DNA of 64,000 nucleotides from the NCBI GenBank assembly GCA_030390025.1, contig CM059433.1, positions 26,104,001 to 26,168,000 on the forward strand, given 5' to 3'. The notes beneath the pieces were generated by a model. The model saw only the letters and a program-made list of their open reading frames with translations. It had not been told where the DNA came from and searched no databases. This document shows positions 24,785 to 37,539 of the stretch, one piece after another. A program made the translations under genes and the position numbers. Every line of letters starts with the position of its first letter. Within the stretch, counting starts at the first letter, position 1. The DNA comes from Squalus acanthias. Lineage: Eukaryota.

Positions 24785-27100
24785 ATAGAGTCATATAGAG
24801 TCATAATGGCACAGAAGGAGGCCATTCAGCCCATCGAGTCTGTGCCAGCTCTCTCCCCGTAGCCCTGCAAGTGCCTATCCAGTCTCCCCCTGAAAACATT
24901 GAGTGTCTCTGCTTCCATCTCTTCCATCGGCAGCGAGTTCCAGGTCCTCACCACTCACTGCGTAAAAAAGTTTTTCCTCACATCCACCCTGCATCTCTTG
25001 CCCAAAACCTTAAATCTGTGTCCCCCTAGTCCTTGTACCATCAACTAGTGGGAACAGCCTTTCCCCGTCTAGCCTATCCAAACCCGTCATAATCTTGTAC
25101 ACCTCTATCAAATCACCCCTCAACCTCCTTTGCTCCAATGAAAACAAATCCAGCTTCTCCAACCTGTCCTTATAGCTAAGATCCCCATCCCCGAAACCAT
25201 TCTGGTAAATCTCCTCTGCACCCTCTCAAGTGTCTTCACATCCTTCCTAAAGTGTGATGATCAGAACTGGATGCAATACTCCAGTTGTGGCCTAACCAGC
25301 GCTTTATAAAGGTTCAGCATAACTTCTCTACTTTTGTACTCAATACCTCTATTTATGAAGCCCAAGATCCCATATACTTTGCTAACCACTCTCTCAATAT
25401 GTCCCGCCACCTTCAGGGACCTATGCACATTAACTCCTAGGTCCCTCTGTCCCTGCACACTCTTTAAAATTGTGCCATTAAGTGTATATTGCCTCTCCCT
25501 GTTCCTTCTGCCAAAATGCATCACCTCACACTTCTCTGTGTTAAATTCCATCTGCCACTTGTCTGCCCATTCTGCTAGCCTTTCTATGTCCTGTTGCAGT
25601 CGATTGGTATCATCCTCACTGTTTGCCACACCCCAAGTTTGGTGTCATCGGCAAATTTAGAAGTTCTTCTCTGTATTCCAATATCCAGGTCATTTATATA
25701 TATCAAAAAAAGCAGTGGCCCCAGCACTGACCCTTGGGGAACACCACTGTCTACCATCCTCCAGTCTGAAAAACAGCCATTTACCAAAACTTGCTGTTTT
25801 CTGTCCTTAAGCCAATTTGTTATCCAAGCTGCCACTGACCCACCTATTCCATGAGCCTCAATTTTGTTAACCAGCCTTCTATGTGGTACTTTGCCAAACG
25901 CCTTCTGAAAATCCATGTAGACAACATCCATTGCATTCCCTTCGTCAATCCTCCCTGTTACTTCATCAAAAAATTCAATTAGCTTAGTCAAACACGATCT
26001 GCCTTTTACAAATCCGTGTTGGCTCTCCTTAATTAGCTTAAACCTCTCCAAGTGCCTGTTAATTTTTTTCTTGATTATTGTTTCTAAAACTTTACCCACT
26101 ACTGATGTTAAACTGACCGACCTGTAGTTACTAGGATTGTCCTTACACCCTTTCTTGAACAATGGTGTCACATTTGCCACTTTACAATCCTCAAGCACCT
26201 CCCCCGCATCGAAGATTGGAAAATTATGGCAAGCCCTTCCGCTATCTCCTCCCCCAATTCCCTTAGCAACCTGGGATGCAAGCCATCTGGACCAGGTGAC
26301 TTATCCACTCTAAGCATACCCAGTCTTTCTAGTACATCCTATCTATCAATTTTCACCCCTTCCATTGCTTCTACCTTTTCCACTTCTACCAATATTTTGT
26401 CAGCATCCACCTCCTTAGTAAACACCGATACAAAGTACTCATTGAGTATTCTAGCCTTGCCCTGCGCCTCTAAGCATATATCACCTCTTTGTCCCCAATA
26501 GACCCCACCCCTGCCTCTTACTACCCGCTTACTGTTTACATGCCGGTAGAAGATTTTTGGGTTCCCTTTTATGTTAACCACCGTTCTACTCTCATATTCT
26601 CTCTTTGCCAATCTTATTTTCATCTTCACTTCCCCTCTCAACTTATTGTATTTGGTCTGGTTCTCCCTTGAAGAATTCACCTGACATTCATCATACACCC
26701 TTTTTTTTGTTTCATCATTTTCTCAATCTCCCTCGTCATCCAAGGAGCCCTTGCTTTGGTTCCCTTACCCTTCCCTCTTGTTGGAATGTACCTAGCCTGT
26801 ACTTGGAACATCTCCTCCTTAAAGATCACCCATTGTTCTGTTACAGTTTTTCCTGTCAGTCTTTGGTTCCATTTTACCTTGGCTAGATCCTTTCACATCC
26901 CATTGAAGTTAGCCCTATTCCAGTTTAGAAGTTCCACTCTAGATTGTTCCTTGCTCCTCTCCATTGCTAATCTAAATCTTATGATATGATGATCACTTGT
27001 ACCCAAGTGTTCTCCCACAGACACTTGGTCGACCTGGCCCACTTCATTTCCCAGCACCAGCAATGCCTACTTCTTAGTTGGACCAAGAACATACTGGTCA
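24785..27100 (-). mobile_element. CR1 LINE, 5'-truncated ORF2 (RT domain)
   Basis: [53 protein letters not shown]. Confidence 0.95.
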
Positions 27101-27469
27101 ACTGGGTCGTGCTGGAGTCAGGAGCGTATGCCAGCAGCATTCTAAGCTCTCAATAATTTATGTAAATTAGGGTCCTGAGCTTCTTGCAGGACCTGTTTCC
27201 CATTTTTGATTGTCCCAGCGTTTTACTCACCACCTGCTGGCCTCACTCATCACAACGTGGCACTAACTGGCAGGAAAGCTTCCTCACCAGCGCTCTTTAA
27301 AGGGTTCATGTAGTATTTACAGTTTTGTTGCTGCTTTATTATTTCTGGCTGTTGCTTGACTTCTAAATGTTTTTGGCAGGCCGTATCAATCTGCAAAGTT
27401 CACTTTGTCTAAACAGAGTGAGGTTTTGCTGGTCTTGCACTGCTGTTGCTCTTTGCCTCACAAATTGCC

Positions 27470-27850
27470 TTAAAAAAGGGGAGAAGGATAAATCTGGCAA
27501 TAACAGGCCAGTCAGTTTAACATCGGTCGTGGGGAAGCTTTTACAAACAATAATCGGGGAGAAAATTAACAGCTACTTGGACAAGCATGGACTAATAAAG
27601 GAGAGCCAGCATGGATTTGTTAAGGGCAAATCATGTTTGACTAATTTGATTGAGTTTTTTGATGAGGTAACAGAGAGGGTGGATGAGGGCAGTGCAGTTG
27701 ATGTTATTTATATGGACTTTCAAAAGGTGTTTGTTAAAGTACTGCATTTGGGCTTGTTAGCAAAATTGAAGCCCATGGGATAAAAGGGGCAGCAGCAGCA
27801 TGGATACAAAATTGGCTAAGGGATAGAAAAGAGAGAGTTGGAGAACAGAG
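27470..27850 (+). mobile_element. CR1 RT fragment
   Basis: [13 protein letters not shown]...QHGFVKGKSCLTNLIEFF. Confidence 0.85.
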
Positions 27851-28457
27851 TGAAGTGATGCCCTTTTGTGGTTCTTTCGAAGAGCAATCCATTTAGGCCC
27901 ACTCCCCCACTCTTTCCCCATATCCCTGCAATATTTTCCTCTTCAAATATTTATTAACTTACTTTTTGAAGATTTCTATTGAATCTGTATCCACCACCCT
28001 ATTAGGCACTGCATTTCAAATCCTAACCACTCGTTGCGTAAAAAGGATTTTCCTCATGTCGTCATGAAAAGGTTTTCCTCATGATCTGCCCTTAACAAAT
28101 CTTTTGCTAATCACTTAAATCTGTGCCCTCTAGTTATTGACCCTTCAGCCATTGGAAACAGTTTCTCTTTATTTACTCTATCTGAACCCTTCATGATCTT
28201 AAACACCTCTATCAAATATCCTCTTAGCCTTCTCTGCTCGAAGGAGAACAACTCCAGCTTCTCCAGTCTATCCACGTAACTGTAATCCCTCATCCCTGGA
28301 ACCATACTAATAAATCTCTTCTGTACCCTCTCCAAAACCTTCACATCCTTCCTAAAGTGTGGTGCCCAGAATTGGACACAATACTCCAGCTGGGGCCGAA
28401 CTAGTGTTTTATAAAGGTATAAACTTTATAAACTTCCTCTAAGCTTTTATACTCTAT

Positions 28458-29217
28458 GGGGAAAAATTCAGCTGCTTGCGCCTCCCGTTAGCGCCTTAAG
28501 AGGGCGCTAATGGGGCGTAAAGCAGCTAACGCCCGGGCGCAGCGCCGCCCACGCCTCCCGAAAAATTTAGTGGGAGGTTAGCGGCGGCGGCAGCCGGTAG
28601 CGCCCTGTGGCGCTGCGCCGCCGGCGATGACGTCATCGCCGTGCGCAGCACCCCGCTCGCGCCCCGGCCGTGATCTTCAGTCGCGCCCCCTGATTTACCG
28701 CCAGACGCTATGTCCGACGGGTTCAGGGAGGCGTACGTGCGGTCGGGGCGGCGATATTTAAAGCGGAGGTGGCAGGCGGCCATTTTTGTTGCTGGCCGCC
28801 TGCCAGCACCTGTCCCCGGCCCCCGTGAAGCCCCCCCACCGTGAAGTGCCGGCTGCGCTCCAAGAGCCCGGCACTTCTCTTGAGTGCCGGGCTCTTTTGC
28901 CGGCACTCCCGATCCCTGGGGGCCCAGCTGGGCCCCGGTTCGCGCTGCGCAGGGTCCCTCCCCTTTAAGAAGGGGAGGAAGGCCTGCAATACCACGGCGC
29001 GACGTGCCGCAGCGCGTGGCGCTGCGGCACGTAGCGCCAGGATATTCACTCGCAGCGCCCCAAGAGGGATGCGGGCTGCTTCCAGTTGCGCCCCGCTTCC
29101 CTCTTGGGGCGCAACCACTGAAGTTCCGGCGCGGGGCCGCTAATTTTTTCGGGGCGCTAAAAGTCGCGCCCCGGCGAGGTTAGCGCCCCAAATGGGGCGC
29201 GACTCAATTTTTACCCC
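28458..29217. mobile_element. Young CpG-rich Harbinger-type MITE
   Basis: TIRs ggggaaaaattc / rc ggggtaaaaattg; TSD TAT (28455-28457, 29218-29220). Confidence 0.9.
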
Positions 29218-29285
29218 TATGCCTCTATTTATAAAATTGAGAGGTCGCACAACACCAGGTTATAGTCCAACAGTTTTATTTGAAA

Positions 29286-29327
29286 TCACAAGCTTTCGGA
29301 GCTATCGATTGCTCCTTCCTCAGGTGA
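29286..29327 (-). ncRNA. Minimal hammerhead ribozyme motif at the Penelope 3' end (sense to the ORF)
   Basis: tcac-CTGAGGA-a-ggagc(aatcgata)gctcc-GAAA-gctt-gtga on the minus strand. Confidence 0.78.
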
Positions 29328-29658
29328 AGTAAATTAGATACAGAATCGCCAAAGCATATATAGATAGAGAACAAAGCATGTGTACCTTACAATTGCAGAC
29401 CACTAAATTAAATCATCCTGACTATCTGCCGATGTGTGATAAAGTTAATCAAGTCAGCCAGGAAGGTACCACATCAAAGACATAGCAAGATACAACTGAG
29501 ACAATGAGGTGTAGTCGCAGGGGTTCTAACGTGTCAAAAGCTGCCGTCTGTATGTAAAACGAAAAGCTTTAAAATTTTTACTTTTTTACTGGGAAAATTT
29601 TTTACTTTTTTACTGGGAATCACATCTGTGAACAAGCCAGCGATGACTCGAGTCCGGA

Positions 29659-31720
29659 TCACGTCATGTATCGTGACATAAACCCAAGATCCCGGTTGAG
29701 ACCGTCTTCATGAGTGCGGAACTTGGCTATCAGTTTCTGCTCGATGATTTTGCGTTGTCGTGTGTTTCTAAGGTTGCCTTGGAGAACGCTTACCCGCAGA
29801 TCCGAGGCTGAATGTCCTTGACTGCTGAAGTGTTCCCCGACTGGGAGGTAACAATCCTGCCTGGCGATTGTTGCGCGGTGCTCGTTCATACGTTGTCTCA
29901 GTGTCTGCATGGTCTCGCCGATGTACCATGCCGCGGTGCATTCTTTCCTGCAACGTATGAGGTAGACAACGTTGGCCGAGTCACATGAGTATGTACCATG
30001 TACCTGGTGGGTAGTGTCCTCACGTGTGATGATGGTATCTGTGTTGATGATCTGGCATGTCTTGCAGAGTTTGCCATGGCAGGGTTGTGTGGTGTTGTGG
30101 TCGCTGTTATCCTGAAAGCTGGGTAATTTGCTGCGAACGATGGTACTTCTGAGGTTAGGCGGCTATTTGAAGGCAAGTAGTGGAGGCGTGGGGATGGCCT
30201 TAGCGAGGTGTTTGTCGTCATCGATGACATGTTGAAGGCTGCGAAGAACATGGCGTAGTTTCTCCGCTCCGGGGAAGTACTGGACGACGTAGGGTACCCT
30301 GTTGGTTGTGTCCCGTGTTTGCCTTCTGAGGAGGTCTATACGATTTTTCGCTGTGGCCCGTCGGAACTGTCGATCGATGAGTTGAGCGTCATATCCCGTT
30401 CTTACGAGGGCGTTTTTCAGCGTCCGTAGGTGTCCATTGCGTTCCTCCTCGTCTGAGCAGATCCTGTGTATTCGCAGGGCTTGTCCATAGGGGATGGCTT
30501 CTTTAACATGGTTAGGGTGGAAGCTGGAGAAGTGGAGCATCGTGAGGTTGTCCGTGGGCTTGCGGTAGAGTGAAGTGCTGAGGTGTCCGTCTTTGATGGA
30601 GATTTGTGTGTCCAGGAATGAGACCGATTCTGAGGAGTAGTCCATGGTGAGTTTGATGGTGGGATGGAACTTGTTTATGTTATCGTGTAGTCTTTTCAGT
30701 GATCCTTCGCCATGGGTCCAAAGGAAGAAAATGTCGTCGATGTATCTGGTGTACAGCGTTGGCTGGAGGTCCTGTGCAGCGAAGAAGTCTTGCTCGAACT
30801 TGTGCATGAAGATGTTGGCGTATTGGGGTGCGAATTTGGTCCCCATGGCTGTTCCGTGTGTTTGGGTAAAAAAATGGTTGTCGAAGGTGAAGACATTGTG
30901 GTCAAGGATGAAGCGGATGAGTTGTAGGATGGCGTCTGGAGATTGGCTGTTGTTGATGTTGAGTACTGAGGCTGTCGCAGCGATGCCGTCATCGTGGGGG
31001 ATACTGGTGTAGAGTGCCGATACGTCCATCGTGGCAAGGAGTGTTCCTGGTTCAACTGGTCCGTGGGTGCTGAGTTTCTGTAAGAAGTCTGTAGTGTCAC
31101 GACAGAAGCTGGGGGTTCCCTGTACGATGGGTTTCAGAATGCCCTCGACGTATCCAGAGAGGTTCTCACACAGGGTTCCATTGCCTGATACGATAGGACG
31201 TCCGGGTGTGTTGGCTTTGTGTATCTTTGGGAGGCAGTAGAAGTCTCCCACGCGGGGAGTACGTGGGATGAGAGCGCGTAGGATGTTTTGAAGGTCTGGA
31301 TCGAAGGTCTTGATCAGTCTATTGAGTTGGCGGGTGTGTTCTTTGGTCGGATCTGCGGGTAGCTGTCTGTAGTGTTCCTGGTTGTCCAGTTGTCGGTATG
31401 CTTCTTTACAATAGTCCGTTCTGTTCTGTATGACGATGGCTCCTCCTTTGTCCGCTGGTTTGATGACAATGTTGCGGTTGGTCTTGAGAGCGTGGATGGC
31501 GTTGCGTTGTGCTCGGGTGACATTCTGGACTGTCTTGTGAGTGCGGCTGATGAATCTGGCGTTGATGCATCTCCTGACAGCTTGAGCATACATGTCAAGC
31601 TTGGGGCAGCGACCCTCCGGAGGGGTCCAATTTGACTCTTTTTTCTTCGGTTGCTGCACTGCGAGTCCCTCTGTCTGCTGTTCTGGAGCATTGATTGTCT
31701 CATTGGGTTTGTTGCTGACA
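29659..31720 (-). pseudogene. Penelope RT + GIY-YIG endonuclease ORF with one nonsense mutation
   Basis: KPADKGG, FYCLPKIHK, DVSALYT, GTAMG, RYIDD; after TAG at 30163-30165 the same frame continues to NVVYLIRC...WYIGET...GLNRD. Confidence 0.93.
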
Positions 31721-31746
31721 TCTTGCGATTCTGTATCTAATTTACT

Positions 31747-31788
31747 TCACCTGAGGAAGGAGCAATCGATAGCTCCGAAAGCTTGTGA
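31747..31788 (+). ncRNA. Minimal hammerhead ribozyme motif (inverted pLTR copy)
   Basis: Identical to the 29286-29327 motif, on the opposite strand. Confidence 0.78.
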
Positions 31789-34425
31789 TTTCAAATAAAA
31801 CTGTTGGACTATAACCTGGTGTTGTGCGACCTCTCAATTTTGTCCACCCCAGTCCAACACCGGCATCTCCGCATCATGACCTCTATTTATAAAGCCCAGG
31901 ATCCCATATGCTTTATTAACTGCTTTGTTAACCTGTCCTGCCACCTTCAAAGATTTGCGCACAAACACCCCCAGGTCTCTCTCTTCTTGCACTCCCTTTA
32001 AAGTTGTACCATTTAGCTTGTATTATCTCTCCTCATTCTTCCCTCCAAAATGTATCACCCCACACTTCTCTACATTGAATTTCATTTGTCATGTGTCTGT
32101 TCATTTCAGCACCCTATCTATGTCCTCTTGAAGTCTATTACTATCTTCCTTACTGTTTACTACACTTCCAAGTTTCGTGTCATCTGCAAATTTTGAAATT
32201 GTGCCCTGTACCCCCAAGTCCAAGTCTTTAATGTATATCAAAAACGGCAGTGGTCCTCGTACTGAAACATTGGGGAACTCCACTGTATACCTCCCTTCAG
32301 TCCAAAAACAGCCATTCACAAAAACTCTCTGTTTTCCACCCCTTAGCCAATGTTGTATCCATGCTGCTGCTGCCCCTTTTATCCCATGGGCTTCACTTTT
32401 CTAACAAGCCTAATATGTGATACTTTATCAAACGCCTTTTGAAAGTCCATATACACAACATCAACTGCACTGCCCTCATCCACCCTTTCTGTTGCCTCAT
32501 CAAAAAACTCAATCAAGTCAGTCTAACATGATTTGCCCTTAACAGATCTGTGCTGGCTCTCCTTTATTAGTCCACGCTTGTCCAAGTGGCTGTTAATTTT
32601 ATCCTGGATTATTGTTTCTAAAAGCTCCCCCACCACCGACGTTAAACTGACTGGCTTGTAATTGCCAGGCTTATCCTTCTCCCCTTTTTTAATCAATGGT
32701 GTAACACTTGCAGTCCTCCAGTCCTTTGGCATCACCCTTATATCTAAGGAGGATTGGTGGTTTGTGGCCAGCACCTCCGCAATTTCTACACTTACTTCCC
32801 TCAGGAACCTAGGATGCAGCCCAACTGGGCCAGGTGACTTATCTACTTTAAGTACTGCCAGACTTTCTAGTGCCTCCTCTTTACCTATTTTTATTTAATC
32901 TAGTATCCTGGCAACTTCCTCGTTTACCGAAGCTTTGGCAAAGTCTTCTTCCTTGGTAAACACTGATGCAAAGTAATCATTTAGTACCTCATCCATGCCT
33001 TCTGCCTCCACCAATAGATCACCATTTGGTCCCTAATCAGCCCCACCGTTCCCCTGACAACCCATTTACTGTTAATATGCCTATAGAAGACCTTTGGATT
33101 CCCTTTTATGTTAGCTGCCAATCTATTCTCGGATTGTCTCTTTGCCCCTCTTATTTCTTTTTTCACTTCTCCTCTGTATTTTTTATATTCAGCCTGATCC
33201 TCCCTTGTATTAGCAACCTGACATTTGCCATATGCCCCCTTTTTCTGCTTCATCCTACTCTCTAACTCCTTCACCATCCGGGGAGCTTTGGCTTTGGTTG
33301 CCCTCCCTTTTCCCTTTGTAGCAATGTACTTAGACTGTAGCCAAGCCATCTCCTCTTTAAAGGCCAGCCATTGCTCCATTACATTTCTGCCTGCCAGTCT
33401 TTGACTCCAATTTACCCGGGCCAAATCACTCCTCAATTTGTTGAAATTAGCCCTCCTCCAGTTAAGTATTTTATTCTAGATTGTTCCTTGTCCTTCTCTA
33501 TACCTAATCTAAACATTCCGATACTATAATCACTATTCCCAAGATGCTCCGCAACTGTGACATTCTCCACTTGACCCACTTCATTCCCCAGGACTAGATC
33601 AAGCAATGCCTCCTTCCTCATTGGGCAGGAAACATGGTGATCAAGAAAATTCTCATGAAAACACTTAAGGAATTCCTCCCCTTCTCTGCCCTTAACACAA
33701 TTACTGCCCCATTCAATATGGTAGTTAAAGTCTCCCATTATAGTTCTTGCACCTCTCAGTAATTTCTTTGCAAATCTGCTCCTCTATCTCCTTCCTACTA
33801 TTTGGTGGCCTATAAAATACACCAAGTAGCGTAATAGCTCCTTTATTGTTTCTTAACTCCAACCAAATAGATTCTGTCTTTGACCCCTCGAGGACATTCT
33901 CTCTTTCTAGCACTGTAATATTTTCCTTAATCAAAACTGCTACCCCATCTGTTTTTTTCCTTCCCTATCTTTCCTGACTACCTTATACCCAGGAATATTA
34001 AGCATCCAATCCTCCCCTTTTTTGAGCCAGGTTTCCGTTATCGCCATTACATCATATTCCTACGTGGCTATTTGCAGCTGACCAACCTTTTTAACCACAC
34101 TTTGTGCATTTACACACATGCATGCCAAGCCTAACTTAGACCTCTTTGTATTTTCTATGATCCCACCTAATTCTGTATTATATCTAACTCTAACTGTCTC
34201 TCCCTGTCCTCTGTGCACCTTGTTTCTACTTTTTAATACTACATCTTGGTGCCCAACCCCCTGCTGAATTAGTTTAATCCCACCCCCACAGCGCTGGTTA
34301 ACCTGCCCCCAAGGATATTGGTCCCAGCTCCGTTCAGGCGCAACGCATTCATCTTGAACAGGTCCCTCCTGGCTCAGAACAGGTTTCAATGTCCCAGGAA
34401 TCCGAAGCCCTTCCTCCTGCACCGA

Positions 34426-34642
34426 GGGCTGGATTTTGCCAATGGGGAGCTTTTGGAGGCGGGACTCCCACTTGTCGGGTTTCAGTCCCGTCTCCATCAA
34501 CTTCTGGCCAACCCACGCTATTTTCCCTTGATTGACCTTGTTAAGCCCGCCCAGCGGGTTGGGCACCCGCCCCCAAATTCTGCCATTTTCCCGGCAGTTC
34601 TGCCTCCAAACCCGCCTCCCCAGGGCTGGCAAAATCCAGCCC
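34426..34642. mobile_element. Harbinger MITE
   Basis: Perfect 16-bp TIR gggctggattttgcca; interior matches the left end of 50784-52615. Confidence 0.85.
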
Positions 34643-34976
34643 CATGTCTCTAGCCAAGCATTAACCTACCATATCCTCCTATTTCTACTCTCACTAGCGC
34701 GTGGCACTGGGAGTAGTCCAGACATTACTACATTTGAGGTTCTGCTTTTTAACTTCCTCCCTAACTCCTTAAACTCTGACTGCAGCACCTAAACCCTCTT
34801 CCTCCCTATGTCATTGGTTCTGACATGGACCACGACTTCTGGCTCTTCCCAGATGACACGTTAAACCAAGGCCCGGTCTGCCCTCTCAGGTCGATGTAAA
34901 AGATCCCATGGCACTATTTCAAAGAAGAGCTGGAGAGTTTTTCCTGGTGTCCTGGCTAATATTTATCCCTTGTGTG

Positions 34977-35570
34977 TCAGCCAGTGGCTCAGTTGGTAGC
35001 ACCCTCACCTCTGAGTCAGATGGTTGTGGGTTCAAGTCCCACTCCAGGAACTTGAGCACAAAAACCTAGGCTGACACTCCAGTGCAGTTCTGAGGGAGTG
35101 CTGCACTGTCAGAGGTGCCGTCTTTCAGATGAGACGTTAAAAACCGAGGCACCGTCTGCTCTTTCAGGTGGACGTAAAAGATCCTATGGCACTATTTTGA
35201 AGAAGAGCAGGGGAGTTATCCCCTGTGTCTAGGCCAATATTTATCTCTCAACCAACAGCACTAAACAGCTTATCTGGTAATTATCATATTGCTGTTTGTG
35301 GGAGCTTGCTGTGTGCAATTTTACTGCCTTGTTTCCTACATTACAACAGTGACTACACTTCAAAAAAGTATTTAATTGGCTGTAAAGCGCTTTGGGACGT
35401 CTTTCTCAACCAACACCCAGAAATAGAATATCTGGCCATTATCACATTGCTGTTTGTGGGATCTTGCTGTGTGCCAATTGGCAACTACATTACAACAGTG
35501 ACTACAAGTGCTTAATTGACTGTAAAGCTCTTTGGGACGGCCTGCAGTCTGATATAAATGCAGGTCTTTC
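34977..35570 (+). mobile_element. tRNA-headed Deu-domain SINE, preceded by a partial copy at ~34850-34970
   Basis: Pol III box A tggctcagttgg (34985) and box B ggttcaagtcc (35029); Deu-domain-like gaggtgccgtctttcagatgagacg...aaagatcctatggcact; L2-like tail. Confidence 0.8.
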
Positions 35571-35699
35571 TTTTCTTTTTCTTTATTGCAGAAAGAAACA
35601 TTCAGCAGGTAAGGCCAAATAGGCTTATAAGTCTAACTGACATGACACGACACATGATTTAATGATAAACCACGTAAATTAGGAATAGTGTTTGTTTTT

Positions 35700-36010
35700 A
35701 AAATTTCCCCCTTCCTCTCTCCTGAAGGCAATGTTTAATGTTGAGCAATATCTCATTGCCTCACCCAAATGGCATGTATGAGTCTTAATGAACTGTGTAT
35801 GTGTGTGTGTGTATAGCAGGAATGGGGAGAGGAATTGATTGTCTTCACAGACATCCATTTTGTAACAAGAGTCACTGAATAGTGATCAGGAGCAGGAACC
35901 TAAACTGATTTCCCCCTACCTACCCAGGGCAGGTAACAGCAGCATGCCCACTGCTGCCCCCAGTAACATCAGCTACTTCAGCATCAACTAAACCTAGAAC
36001 CGGGAACCTT
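35700..36010 (-). mobile_element. Old SINE-like repeat (family not assigned)
   Basis: Related to ~39600-39715 (-) and ~50375-50530 (+); shared ctgtgctgagytagctgatctc motif. Confidence 0.45.
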
Positions 36011-37539
36011 CTCCTAACATCTCTTGACATCTGTGGCAAGAGGCTTTTGTCATTTAATCAATTTTCAAAAAAGCTCATTTATTATTTCACTGACCTAATT
36101 TGTTTAATAGTGGTTCAAAACAGCAGAAACATTTGTTTGATTGTGCTTGAATGTCATATTATCGTATCAGTTGACTAACAGCTTCACTGCAGGGTAATAA
36201 CGGTGAAAGTGATGTGTAGCTATGGTGACTGAGCACTGCCGCATTATCCACACCATTTTTTTCCATGTAGCCAGATTAGAAATCTTGATAAAAGCTAAAT
36301 AATCATTCTCAAATGGTTTTAAATGAATACTTCGAACAAAGTCAACTCCGCAATAAAAAGACAGACTAACACATTCTGTTTACTGATGCTTTCAATATGG
36401 CTTGGTACGATCTATTGAGTACAGCAAACACTGAGGGAATAAAATGTTCCCTTTTGTGTTCATGGAAAAAAAGTCTCACATTACACTTTAATGCTTAATA
36501 TGTTTCTCAATACCTCAGGAATACTGCAATTGATGTCTTAAGCTGATCTCTGGTTTGTATTATACTTGATGCCAGGTTGTAGATTGGCCAGCAGTGTTTT
36601 ACAGATGGTGGTTTATGACTAGCATGTGCTACTGCTGAAACAACAAGCTCCTCATATCATCTGCTCAACATTGTAGGCACATTACCTGACCACAGACCCA
36701 TTCTACCTCAACTAGCTTACAATTCATTTTGACATTCACATGTTCCAAATAAGTCCCAAGAAAAACACCATTTGAATGGCACGCTCAACAGGCGAACAAC
36801 CATTGCATGAATAATAAACTGCTTTCTGTGTTGGACAGTTAAACTCATGCTTATACATAACTGCATTAATAGCGATGCAAGTAAATGCTGCACAAATCAC
36901 ATTCATTGACGTCGTTTTCTGACAGTTCAAGTGCCAATTGCTGCTGCTTTATTTTTTTTAATGTATTTTTTCAATTCTTGCAAATGTCATTTCATTGCAT
37001 ATACCATTTCCTGGTTGAAGGAGTATATAAGTAACATGCCCCCAGGCCTCAACCAATGCTGCTCTTCATCCCGTTGTTAAGGGGGGGGGGGCGAGAAGAG
37101 AAGACGGGGGAGAAAAGGTATTCCTGGGTGATTCTCACGTTGATTTCTCCTCCACTCTCAGTCTCCCCAGTTAGCACAGCTAAAATCAGCAACTTACTGG
37201 GGTAGATCTTGAAGTCAATGGAAATAAAATTCAGGAGCGATGTAAAACTGGCTGCCGACTCGCTATCACCTACTTCACACTATTGTACAAAGTCAAGATC
37301 TACCCCTCTGTGTGAGGAATCAGAGGAGGAACACCATACACCAGCACTTTGTGCCACAGCTCAACAACGCATCAATGCTCTGTGGTCAGGCACATTTTTG
37401 CTATAAACAATAACACTACGCAGGTTAGTGGTGCTACTGAACTACTGATTTCTTTGATAATTCTTCCAGAGCTGTTACACTCCAACCAGCATTTATTCAG
37501 TAGTGACAGGGATAGTGGCCACTCAGCACTCAGCAAGTA

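Larger units (their letters stand above)
29236..31879 (-). mobile_element. Penelope-like retroelement family A, 5'-truncated, with inverted terminal (pLTR) copy
   Basis: ~115-bp inverted repeat (29236-29349 vs 31725-31839); 14-bp TSD cctctatttataaa (29222-29235, 31880-31893). Confidence 0.92.
27870..34850 (-). mobile_element. Long CR1 LINE (ORF1 esterase-like end, APE endonuclease, RT), host of three nested insertions
   Basis: ESIWLELR, GVFYRPP, GDFN, LLDLVL (APE); KFADDTKLG (RT); SGNH-like ORF1 end read by eye at ~34270-34420 (HWNLF...LFKMNALRLN..GTNILG). Sequence rejoins across the inserts at 28458-29217, 29236-31879 and 34426-34642. Confidence 0.9.

Noticed and set aside
28526..29183. Overlapping Arg/Ala/Pro-rich ORFs; CpG-island promoter of a host gene
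   Set aside because: Lies wholly inside a TIR/TSD-bounded MITE; the ORFs reflect high GC (likewise 6859-7502 and 40374-40945)
30644..31635. Plus-strand ORFs opposite the Penelope ORF (similarly 54584-55311 on minus)
   Set aside because: Antisense shadows of RT coding sequence
34981..35050. tRNA gene
   Set aside because: It is the tRNA-derived head of a SINE and continues into the SINE body
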